DNA from: Eledone cirrhosa
Taxonomy: Eukaryota
DNA: 64,000 bases
NCBI GenBank assembly: GCA_964016885.1
Contig: OZ024740.1
Coordinates: 83,018,001-83,082,000, forward strand
Direction: 5' to 3'
Shown here: one piece after another, positions 52,898-64,000 of the stretch
How the letters are laid out: every line of letters begins with the position of its first letter
Position numbering within the stretch: the stretch's first letter is position 1
Program-made: the position numbers and the translations under genes
The notes under the pieces: model-generated
What the model was told of the DNA's origin: nothing
The model's database searches: none
Seen by the model: only the letters and a program-made list of their open reading frames with translations

Positions 52898-53965
52898 TCT
52901 CTTTCTATATAAAATTATTTGTCTCTCTGCCTGTTTGTCTGTCTGTTCCAATACATTCTCAAACGGCTGGATCAAATCAAATCAAATTTTACAAAATATT
53001 AAACCCCAGGAGTGACAAAATGTAATTTTTATTTTCATTCGGATTAAAACAATATAATATTTTAGCTAAAATAACCTAAACTATAGTAAAACACCACGAC
53101 GACGACGACCATGATGACGTCACATTGTATATGAGTGTGCTTGTATCTTTGAGTATGTGTGTTTGCGACTTCGTTACATACATTAGGCCTCATAGAATTA
53201 AACATACACACATATCTACACATACATATTAAACGCATGCACACATCTACACATACAGATAAATATGTGATGGCAGACAGATGTGCGTGAATGTATTCTG
53301 TGTGTTTGTCTTAGTATATATCAATGTATGTGAGAGTGTATGTGTGTGTGAGTGTATGTGAGAGTATGTGTGTGTCAGTATATGTGTGGGTGTATGTGTG
53401 TGTGAGTGTATGTTTGATAATTTTTATTTTCATTTGGATTAAAACATTAGAAAACAACGCAACCCCGTCATATTTTGAATATGAATATGTATGTGTCTGT
53501 GAGTGTGTGTGTGGTACGTTTTTAAATACACACACATATCTACACATATGTAGCAACTGTCAAAAATTGAGGTGAAAAGCTATGCGTGTTTCTTCGTGAT
53601 TGTATGTCTGTGTGTCTGTCTTAGTATATGTATGTGAGAGTGTATGGGTGTTAGTGTGTGGCAACAATTTATTCATTTGGACCCCAAAACAAATTACACA
53701 ATGAATATTGTTTACCCTGAAGTGCTTCAAGATTGACAGATTTTCATTTCTAAATTCTATTATCATTACAATTTTGATATTTTTAAAAATAAAATATAGA
53801 TATTTTAAATAATTATGGGAAGAAAAAACAATTTTGATATTTTTAAAAATAAAATATAGATATTTTAAAATAATTATGGGAAGAAAAAACATATCTTCTT
53901 ATTTATTGTTTACTAATCTGAATAAGAACAGCAATAACCCGAGCAACGCCGAGTAATTCAGCTAA
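52898..53965 (+). mobile_element. Non-autonomous Helitron
   Basis: TC...TATATAAAA start with a (GTCT) tract; 3' CCCGAGCAACGCCGAG...CTAA; internal 60-bp tandem duplication at 53769-53890. Confidence 0.75.
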
Positions 53966-53989
53966 TATTCCATAATAATTTTTCTTCTT

Positions 53990-54830
53990 CTCCGAGAGCT
54001 CCTCAAACACTTCTTGTCGCGGGTCCTGTCAGAAGCAACCGTCGCCAATTGATCCGGTTGGATCCCCGAACAATACCAACTGAGTTCATGATTGTTATTC
54101 AAACATCTTACTCGGGATCAACTCCTGGGCCCCCAATATTTGTTTTTGCCATTAAAATCTGTACGGCGATTTTTCCCTGACAAATACTAGACATATGTCC
54201 GTGATATTGAAGCTGATATCTCTCAATTTGGAGACATAATGCATTGCACAATCTTCCTTCAATGTCTCAGTTTTCGTAGCACTGAATTTAATTTCTGATA
54301 CCCCTTCCATGCCGGCTGCGCATGTCAATCATGTTCATGAAAATAGTTTCAATTTAGCACTAATTATACAAATACAAATAAAGGCAAGGAGAAATTGATC
54401 ATCAATCTCACACTCCTACAGAACCTTTCATACCATCTTCCGTGAAACGGGATCGAATACATCTCCTAGCTGTACTGTCAGCTTTTCTCGAAAACCTGTC
54501 ACGGTGTGAATAGTTGGTTAGCTGTGCAGATTCCGGTGCAAATGCCACACTGTTCATTAGCTAGCTTGTACTTGATAATCCCCCTAAATTTCTTTGCCAG
54601 ACACTTTAGCAAATATTTACCGAGGAGACTTAACAATGGTATCCCTCTATAATTGAGGCAATCTCTTTTGTCTACCGTTTTCAAAGATTAGGATTATCAC
54701 TCCCGATTACCATTGTTTAATTGCCTTTCCAGAGATTCAGATCATTCAGCATACACGATGCAGCCAGATCATTCCTTATCTGTTCAAAGCTTTTAACATC
54801 TCGGTCCGAATTTCACAATCCCCAGTTATT
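53990..54830 (-). pseudogene. Decayed, deleted RTE-like LINE
   Basis: DCLNYRGIPLLSLLGK...EQCG...T..QLF; EMLKA. Confidence 0.7.
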
Positions 54831-55441
54831 GATCTCTGTATATACCATGTATATGTATGGATGCGTCTATGGTCACTGTTGAAAATAGAGTCATTTGGTA
54901 GAACATCTAAACTATAATAAAGTAAGGGGTGCGGGACTGCGTACTGTTTAATTCTTTTAATCCAGTTAGTAAAATAAGTTGGATACTTTGAATAAATAAT
55001 GAATGGATATTACATAATTTATCTACTAAATTTCGTAACACATGATTACACATATATTAAAAATATTATTGCATAGTTCAAGATTCACTTCTTTTAAAAG
55101 ATTCAAATTTCAATACTTCCGGTATATATCTACTATATATATAAAGAGAGAGACAGTGAAAGAGAAAAATGAAGCGATTTGGATTGTTTCAACACGCTAA
55201 TGTGTATGTGTGTGTGCATATGCGTGTATGTTGTTCTTTGAGTTTATAAAATTGCTAGAGTGAGAAAGAGAGATTGTATGTGTGAGAATATGAAGAGATA
55301 GATACATATAGTGATTATGACAGAGAGAGAGATTGTGTATGAGTATATGAAGAGAGAGATACAGATAGATAGAATGACTGTGACATATTGTATTCATACG
55401 CGTCTTGCTATTACCACTTTCGTTATGACTACCTCATACAA

Positions 55442-55504
<63 letters not shown>

Positions 55505-55523
55505 CATATATATATGTATGTAT

Positions 55524-55702
55524 AGAAGTGGTTACACAACAGTTAGTTCACCATACCGAGAACAATTGTTTCACCTTAGGCTAAGGTGGAACAATTGTTC
55601 TCGGTATGGTGAACTAACTTGTGTAACCACTTCTACCTAACTCGTCCCATGGACTGAGTGCTCTACCACTATGTATATTACCTTTCCAGTGTTCTACCAC
55701 TA
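55524..55702 (+). mobile_element. Hairpin derivative of the 45692-46250 family
   Basis: Palindrome 55524-55635 centred on CCTTAG-G-CTAAGG, then the same tail as 46182-46250. Confidence 0.78.
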
Positions 55703-55725
55703 TGTATATATATATATATATATAC

Positions 55726-56333
<608 letters not shown>

Positions 56334-56419
56334 TATATTTATATTGTTTTAACATATATTTAATTTTACGGTTTCACCGTAGAGATAACATATATTCATA
56401 CATACATGACAGAAAGTAA

Positions 56420-59400
56420 ACATGGGACGCAGAAAACATTTCTCATCTAATTCCAACGCATGGCAGCAGACGCAGAACGACACAGAGATATGAAGGCAAA
56501 TCAATCAAAACAATAATCGCTCTATAACATCCCAACAAATATCTACAAATGTAATTCAGTTAACACACCAACAACAACCACTTTCAACAAATAGACCAAA
56601 CGTTCAGAGAGGAAGGAACAGGTCAATATAAGGTCTGGCAAAGGATCCTACGGATGAACCTTTCCAAGAGCAAACTGTTCTTTCCATAATGCCACAACAT
56701 AATGCAGGGAGTCTCTTTGCCTCTCTTTGTCCGCACTGCAAAGCTTATCGCTGGCCACCAATCTCTGTGCTGCTTCCAGGGAAAAGTGAAACTCTCTAAA
56801 CTTCCTCCTCCTCCATAAATATACTGAAATATTTCGATATCACACAAACAGAAACTTCTTTTCTCCATAAGATACGTGCATATAACAATGTGCTTTCCTT
56901 AGCTTCAATTGGTTGTAAATAGATTAAAGCACCAGGATATAGTCCCACATTTAAGATCCAAGGTAAGATTTGTCATATTATTGGATCACTACTGCCAACT
57001 GTTGCTTCACCCAAGTTTCCGCAGCTTTACTTCTATGATACACATCATGAGCTTCAGAGTCGCTTGCAGCATGCTAATTTAGATGATGCTGTTCTGCAGA
57101 TCCTGTGAGAAGACTTGCACTACTGCAACACCTATATAAGAAGCTTCAAGTCAGTCATTGAAATGCCGGTCTCTGAAAATGTGAATATTGTCCAACATGC
57201 TGACAAAATTAAAACCCACTGAATTTCATTGTCGCACATATAATCTTACTATGGTATCTGAGATCGCTGTTATTCAACCTGAGGCAGCATTAGGTCTTTT
57301 GGATGTCATAATTCATAAAGGAGATGGTGGTCTACAGAGGATCTATCAGTTGCACCGGTCTTATGATCCTCTGGATTATGTGCTACTGTTTCCTTGGGGG
57401 AATGATGGGTTTCAGGTTCGTTTGAAAAGGATTGACAACAACCACACACTCACACCCAGTGATTTCTACTGTTATCGGTTTCAGGTTAGGCAAGGTGACT
57501 GTAACATTATCATGAAGAGTAGCTGGCTGATGTAGCAATATGCTGTAGGTGCCCAGGCAAAAATAGACATTGTCGCCTCGAATTGGCCCGCAAAAATCAA
57601 ACTATGATACGAGCTGAAAAGAATGAAGGTTTGTATGATGCTGTTGCTGAATGAGAGTCTGTAAATGCAGGCCGGAGAATTGTTCTTCCTCCTTCAATAT
57701 ATGGTTCCCGTCGCTTCTACCGTGAGTGCTCTCAGATGTCGATGACTGCGCTTCGACACATGGGAAAGCCATTTTATTTCATCACAGTAACAACTAACCC
57801 TAACTGGGATGAAATGAAAAACTGATTGCACCCTGATGAAGAACGTAGAGACCTTTACGGATATTTGTGCACGTGTCTTCAAGATCAAATATGACAGCCT
57901 CAAGGATGACATAATGAAGAAGAATATCCTAGTAAAAGATGTGGCTCATTCTGCTACAATAGACTGGCAGAAACGAGGCCTCACTCATGCTCATATTGTG
58001 CTGATAATGGCTGGAAATAGCAAACCTAAAACTGCTGATGCCATTGATCATGTACTGTGAAATTCCTGATAAAAAGACCAATCCAATTTTGCATAAGATC
58101 ATCACATCCAGCAACATCCATGGCCCACGTGGACAAGCTAATATGATGTGATCATGTATGGAAGGGCTAGGAGAACAACACCATTGCTCACAAGGTTATT
58201 CTGACAAACCACATTTGTTGCCGAAAATTCCTTTTCCGGAGTATAGAAAAAGGGATAGGCAGCATGGGGGTCACAGCAATACAATCCAAATTAAAGGTCA
58301 AGAATTTACTGTTGATAATCGTTGGATTGTTCCATACAATCCTTTCTCTTCATTGTGATATCAGTGCCACATCAATTGTGAGCTTGTCCACAGTGCCAAA
58401 GCTGTTAAGTACTTATATAAGTACATCACGAAAAGATCAGACATGATCACTTTCGCTATTATGGATGATGAAGAAAATTGTGTCCATGCCCAAAATGAGA
58501 TTGAGACCTATATCAATGCACGGTACACCTCAGCAAGTAAAGCATTCTGGAGAATCTATAAATTTCCATTACTTCATCGAAAGCCGCCAGGTGGAAAGTT
58601 GCCTTGCTATTTACCTGGGAGAACAAATGGTCGTGTATGAGCGAGGGCAGGAAGAAAGACGTGTTTTTCTAGGGGACGGCCAATGACTAAGTTGACGGAA
58701 TATATTCACCTGAATATTAGAGACCAACTGGCACAAAACATTTTGTATATTGATATTCCTAAATATTTCATTTGGACAAACAAAAAGTGGCAAAGAAGAA
58801 AAAAGGGACATCTGGATGGTGATCAACTATTTATGAGTGAATCTCTTGGACGCATTCCAACAGTATCTCTCAGTAGACATCAATCTGAATTATATTATCT
58901 GAGGATGATCCAACACCACAAGGCTGGGTCAACTTTATACAACGATTAGAGGACAATTGAAGGAGTTGAATTTCCAACATTCCAAGAAGCATGCGGGAAA
59001 CTTGGTCTGTTGGATGAAGATGGAGAAAAAGACAAAGCTATGGAAGAAAGCCTCATCCAATACGCTTGGGCCTCAGCTGCGAGAGATCTTCGGCACCATT
59101 TTATTGTATTGCATGCCAAATTACCCTCTGCAGTTCTGGGAGAAATGGAAGAGTTAAAACCGTGCAGATTGTTCTACAGATGATCCAACGAAGACTTCAA
59201 CATGATGGATTGGACATTCATGCCAACTATGGACTTCCTAGGCCAGGCACCACTATTGTTGCTATACCGGAAATCAACAGGGTTCTTATGGCAGAAACTG
59301 ATTTCAATGCACACCAACTGCAACCAAACATAAATGAACTTCTGCCAAATTGAATACTGAGCAACTGGTTATTTTTCACAAAGTAATCACCTCTGTAAAT

Positions 59401-59815
59401 GATAATTGTTTCTACGTTAGGCACAAGGCCAGCAATTACCCAGTTCATTACTGGTACTTTATTTTATCGACCCTGTAAGGATGAAAGGCAAAGTCAACCT
59501 CGGCCGTTCATCCTTACAGGGTAACCTCTGTAAATGATAATGAAGGCAGAATTTCTACTTGAATGCAAGTGCAGACACAGGAAAGACATATGTCATAAAC
59601 ATCATATTGTACAAAGGTAGAACACTTCATTCCAAGTGCAAGATTCCTCTCAATCTGACTGCTGAATCAACTTGCTTCTTCACAAAGAGGGATGCCACAG
59701 GTAAATCTATGCAGCAAGCTGACCTGCTAATCATTGTTGAGGTAGGTATTGGACATAAGCATATCTGTGAATGCCTTGACAGTAGCTTCAAAGATGCTCG
59801 AGATTGCAAAAAGAC
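56420..59815 (+). pseudogene. Decayed Helitron RepHel
   Basis: CPHCKAYRW..CC.QGKVKL, IRAYNN, FKIQGK, YDPLDYVLLFPWG, WQKRGLTHAHI (HUH), VDNRWIVPYNP, KYLYKYITK, LYYLR, TFQEAC, A.TGKTY. Confidence 0.92.
59407..59523 (-). mobile_element. 5'-truncated SINE inserted in the Helitron
   Basis: 18-bp TSD ACCTCTGTAAATGATAAT at 59389-59406 and 59524-59541. Confidence 0.85.
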
Positions 59816-59819
59816 ATAA

Positions 59820-60124
59820 AACAGTATTACTATCTGGATTTGGAACTGCCATGAAGTCAAAGTGATCCCGATTGTCATAGGCGCACTGGGGACTATCTCC
59901 AAAAGTTTCCAAGGATGGTTAAAGAAAATCGGCCCCTTCACGCTTTTTGGAACGCTTCAAAAGGCATGCTTGCTTGGAACAGCAAGAACCCTCCGATACG
60001 TCCTGAATATCTGAGGCTGCAGGTAGTGGCTTGATATTCAATCCAACGGACTTTCCAGTTAACCAACATCAATGACTGAGATTCAAGGAATAACAACAAT
60101 AATAATAATAATAATAATAATAAT
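59820..60124 (+). mobile_element. R4/Dong-like (RLE-type) non-LTR retrotransposon 3' end
   Basis: IW...VKVIPIVIGALGTI...LQKACLLGTARTLRYVL*, short UTR, (AAT)n tail. Confidence 0.78.
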
Positions 60125-60125
60125 G

Positions 60126-63100
60126 TTTTCTTTATTAATCACAAGGGTTTATATAAAGTAGACATTAAGGGCAGTACAGGGCAATACAGGACGGCACAAA
60201 TGAGCATTTCTGGTGGTGTAAAAAAAACAGAGGATGTAATAAAAAATAACAATGAAAAATTCCACAATAGGGGGAGACTTCCGAGGGACATTTGTGGAGA
60301 AAGCCCATTAAAAGAACACAGTGACCCTGATAACCAGGGCAAGTGCCCTCTCCCAGTTTTCCACCTTTAATTTACAGACACATACTCGGGCCATACTTGC
60401 TTCTCTCACCCATCTTTCAACAAAATGCTGGGAGGAGAGCACTTCCCTCTCTACCCTGATTTTCCTTTTCAAATGAAATTTGAAAATGTTAATCAGGGCA
60501 TCACCGAAGAGGTAAGTGCTCGTCTTCAGCCCTTTAAAACGTGTCCACCTTACTATCTCTTTCGCCATGGCCATCAGAAAGATAAATGCCGCCTGCCCTT
60601 CCCGGCTAAAGGAAGAGGGCGGGGCAATCCTCGCGATGGACTCAGCTGATAGCTGCATCCGTCATACACGTGACAGCAGGTGTTCGACATAAACACACGA
60701 GTCAGCAATGCTCGGACACTGGACGAGTGCGTGCAGGACGATTTCGTCGCCCTGCGCGCATCTCGGACATGCCCGGCTGACGGCACCTCCATGCCTGTAG
60801 AGTTTATCCCGAACCGGCAAAGCTCCCCGGTAGCACTGCTAGGCCAGGGATTTCTGGAAGTTGTTCATAGGCCTCGGCCCGAAAGTCCTTCCGAAGAGAT
60901 TGGCTAGTTGATTTTCGTCGACGCGTAGAGTTTCTCCAAGTACGTCGTCGCTCTTCCCCTCCACTAATCCTCTATAGAACGCCAAGGTGGAGTTTGCACC
61001 GATCACATTGCCCGATTGGTCGAGGGCTTTGAGCGTCTGAAGACATTCCAGTCTCCAAGCGCTCCCTCTCGGTCTTCGCTTGACCTAGGACTGCAGTTCC
61101 GTCAAGGAGACCAGCTGGGGAAGCCGTGTCAAGCAAACGGCGACCACACCTGATCACCGTCGAGGAAGAGGTTGAAATGTCATAGCATGAGCGCGTGTCT
61201 GCGCATCATCAGCCACGGCATGCCCAGCCCTCCGCGTAACGAGTGTTCACAGCAGATGGACCGCCTGACCATCGGAGCGCGTCCCTTCCACAAAAAGCGA
61301 AAGAGCAAAGGGTCCAGCGCAGTCAGGCGCGGCTTAGGACAAGGTACCACGGTCAGGCGGTAGTAGATGACGGACGCGATGTACGCGTTAGCCACCTCCG
61401 CTCAACCTTTCAGGGATAGCTTCGTCTCGGCCCATTTCTGGGTGAGAGAAGCCATCCTGCTCGTCACCTCGTCCCAGTTTTTGTCCGTCTGGAGGTCCGG
61501 ACCGAACCCGACCCCTAACAATTTAACCGGTCCGTCCGCCCAGCGCCCGACGACCCTGGTGGATGGCATGGACCTGCTCTCCAGGTGCCGAGCTCCAGGC
61601 CCACTGACTTTTCCTGGTTGATCATTGCTCCTGTCACCGCTTCGTATTCTCTTAGTGTAGTGCGGATCGCCTCGATGTGATTGGCGTTCGATACCACTAC
61701 GGTGACATCATCCGTTGACGTCCGCTAAGAGGCCTCCGAACAAGTCTGGCATTTGTACGTAAAGTTCATAGGGCAGACCATCTAAACCAGGCGATTTACC
61801 CCTTGTGCAGCTAGTCATTGCCTCCCGTACTTCAGCGGCTGTTATCGGCTTTTCGCAACACCCCGTCTCAGTGGCCGAGAGCCGTGGCATTCCGTCGAGG
61901 TAGACACAAAAGTCCATCCCTCGATCCGGCCCGCCGCTGCCCCCGAACAGTTGAGCGAAGTGTCGCTGAAAAGCTTCACACATTTGCCCGGGGCGAGTAG
62001 CATGCGCCCGTCGTGGTCCACCAAAGACCGGATCGTGGCTTTGTTGCCACGACGCGCCTCCGCCACTCGGGCCCATTGAACGGCTTTCGTCCCCTCGTGT
62101 CTGAGAGCACGCACCCTAGCTCTGACAATGCAGCCTTCGTGCTTTGCATTGAAGAATTGGTCAAGATCCAATTTCGCCGCAAGTACGTCGGTCGCGATGC
62201 CTTTGCTAAGCGCCTCGTCTAATGTTTTAACTAGTTCTCCCTCTGCTCTATTTTTCTCTATTGCTAAAGCCTTACTAAACCTAATGGACTCTATTCTAAT
62301 TGCTCTTTTCAGAGCAAACCACCACTTGTTGTTGAAGATGGCTCCGTCAACGCCCGCTTAACTAGCTCGCTAATCCGGTCTCTGTAGGCCTTGCGCGCTG
62401 GTAAGGACGCGTTTAGCTTCCAGTAGCCGGGTCCTCGTCTATGAAGCCTATATAAGTCAAGCACACGGATCACGAATTTGTGGTCCGTGTAGCTGACTAT
62501 CTTGAATTGTGGACAGCATATGCTAGACATATCTATTTCCCTACAAAATACTTTATCTAGATATGATCTGGATGACCCTATGAGATTTGTCCAAGTCCAC
62601 ATTGGCACATTCGTGAAATCCAATCGGTACCTGTCAGACAGTTCAAAACGCCTGAGCAGGTTGGTGAGACTCTTGCACCCTACTCCACTATCCACTAATC
62701 CCACACAGTCCCAGCGTGCATCTAAGATCCCGTTCCAGTCGCCCACTAATACTAAAGAGCGGGACGTTCCAAGAAAGGTCTCCAGACGCCGGAAGAAATC
62801 AGGCCGCCCTGCTCCCGTCGGGGCATAGACGGCCACAAGCCTGAAAGCTTGCTCGTCTCCGCTGATCACGTCCAGCACCACCAACTTACCTTCTGGGTTC
62901 AGGAAGATGGCCCGTATGGCAAGATCCAAACCTCTCCGAAAATGCACAGCAAATCCACCCCCCGATCCCGGACGACTGGGAGATGCGTACACATCGTAGC
63001 TGCCGAAGATCGGTGCGAAGGCCCGTGCTTCGGAGATTCTGTTCTCGCTGATGACCACTACATCTATGTTTAGTGACCTGAGGTCGTTGAGCAGGTGGCC

Positions 63101-64000
63101 CTGCTTCCATGACGACCCCAAGCCACGCGTATTTATGCTGCTTATTCTGAGTGACGTCATGTTGAAATGGTGTGGAAAAGATGGGAAAGACCACTTACCT
63201 TACTTCTCGTAGAGGAAGGACGGTTTCTCCATCCTTTTCACTGCTTGTGGCCTCCTAAGGAAGGATGTCCTTATAAATCCTCCTGGAGAGTGCTAGTAGG
63301 AAGTCCCCGATGTCTTTGAGGAATTTTTGTTTTAGTGTCATGTACGTTTTCTGTGTGATGCGAGTGATTTGTATGTGTGGAGTTGATGTGAACTTTTGGG
63401 TTGTTGTGTAGTCTTTTTCTGCGATGCTGGTGTTGTGTTGGATGTAGTGTAATAATTGGTTGTTGTTCAAATTTAATGCTGTGTAGTGTGTATCGTTTTG
63501 GTTGTTTTGTTTTGTTTTTGTCTGTTGTGGGTTTGTTTCTGTTTCGTTTTTTGGTGACATTTGTGGTATTGGGGTTAATGATGGTGATGGTGTTGGTGTT
63601 TTTGGTGATGTGGTTGGTGATGCTGGTGTGGATAGTTACATATATGTCCTAAATTTTTGTTTGATAGTTTATTTGTTTCCCTCTGTAGTTTGTTTTTGGA
63701 GTGGGAAGGAAGAGATTTTTTTCTTTTTTTGGTTTCTTTTTTCTTTTTTCCTGATACCGTTTCCCACTCCTCGTCGTCACAATATGTCTCCGGTTGTGAT
63801 AGGCCGGGAGTGGAAAATCCTTCACATGCGTTGGTTTTTGTTGTGGCGTGGTGGATGGTGTAGGCGCTTGTGCTAGTTCTGGCGCGTTGGGTGGTGGTGG
63901 TGTTGGTTTTGCTACTGTTACTGGGGTTGTTGCTGTTACAGTTGCTTCTGTTGTTGCTGCTACAGTTGTTGCTCCCATCTCTGCTGCTGGTGGTGTTGAT
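60126..64000 (-). mobile_element. Tx1/L1-clade LINE (ORF1 C-terminus + decayed ORF2), runs off window
   Basis: GC-rich ORF2 with APE, RT remnants, GGLGMP and a C-terminal C-C-H-C motif; low-complexity P/T/K-rich ORF1 tail at 63255-64000. Confidence 0.88.
62309..63160 (-). pseudogene. Tx1-type APE endonuclease (ORF2 start)
   Basis: ISSINTRGL, VVISE, VAVYAP, LVGDWN, SYLDK, TDH, GPGYWKLN. Confidence 0.92.

Overview
This is an AT-rich eukaryotic intergenic window with no recognisable host gene, almost entirely transposon relics and microsatellites. The tRNA/CORE-type SINE resembles octopus SINE families, so an octopod cephalopod is likely (inference). It holds at least 4 Penelope-like retroelements (PLEs): a Naiad-type copy with an uninterrupted 557-aa RT+GIY-YIG ORF, a partial-tandem plus inverted copy at 38.1-44.8 kb, and two decayed copies. 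It also holds 3 Helitrons with coding relics and 2-3 non-autonomous ones, a Chapaev3 and a hATm-like DNA transposon, RTE, R4/Dong-like and Tx1/L1 LINE fragments, and about 12 SINEs. The most notable signal is non-coding: about a dozen unrelated short foldback (inverted-repeat) elements lie in or beside (TA)n tracts, and many carry type I hammerhead ribozyme (HHR) motifs. These include a 312-bp tandem+inverted retrozyme-like array with four HHRs, U3-A8 covariant cores, and one HHR with a greatly extended stem II. Most 'YIYI/THTH' ORFs in the track are microsatellite artefacts. All motifs were read by eye and coordinates may be off by a few bases.
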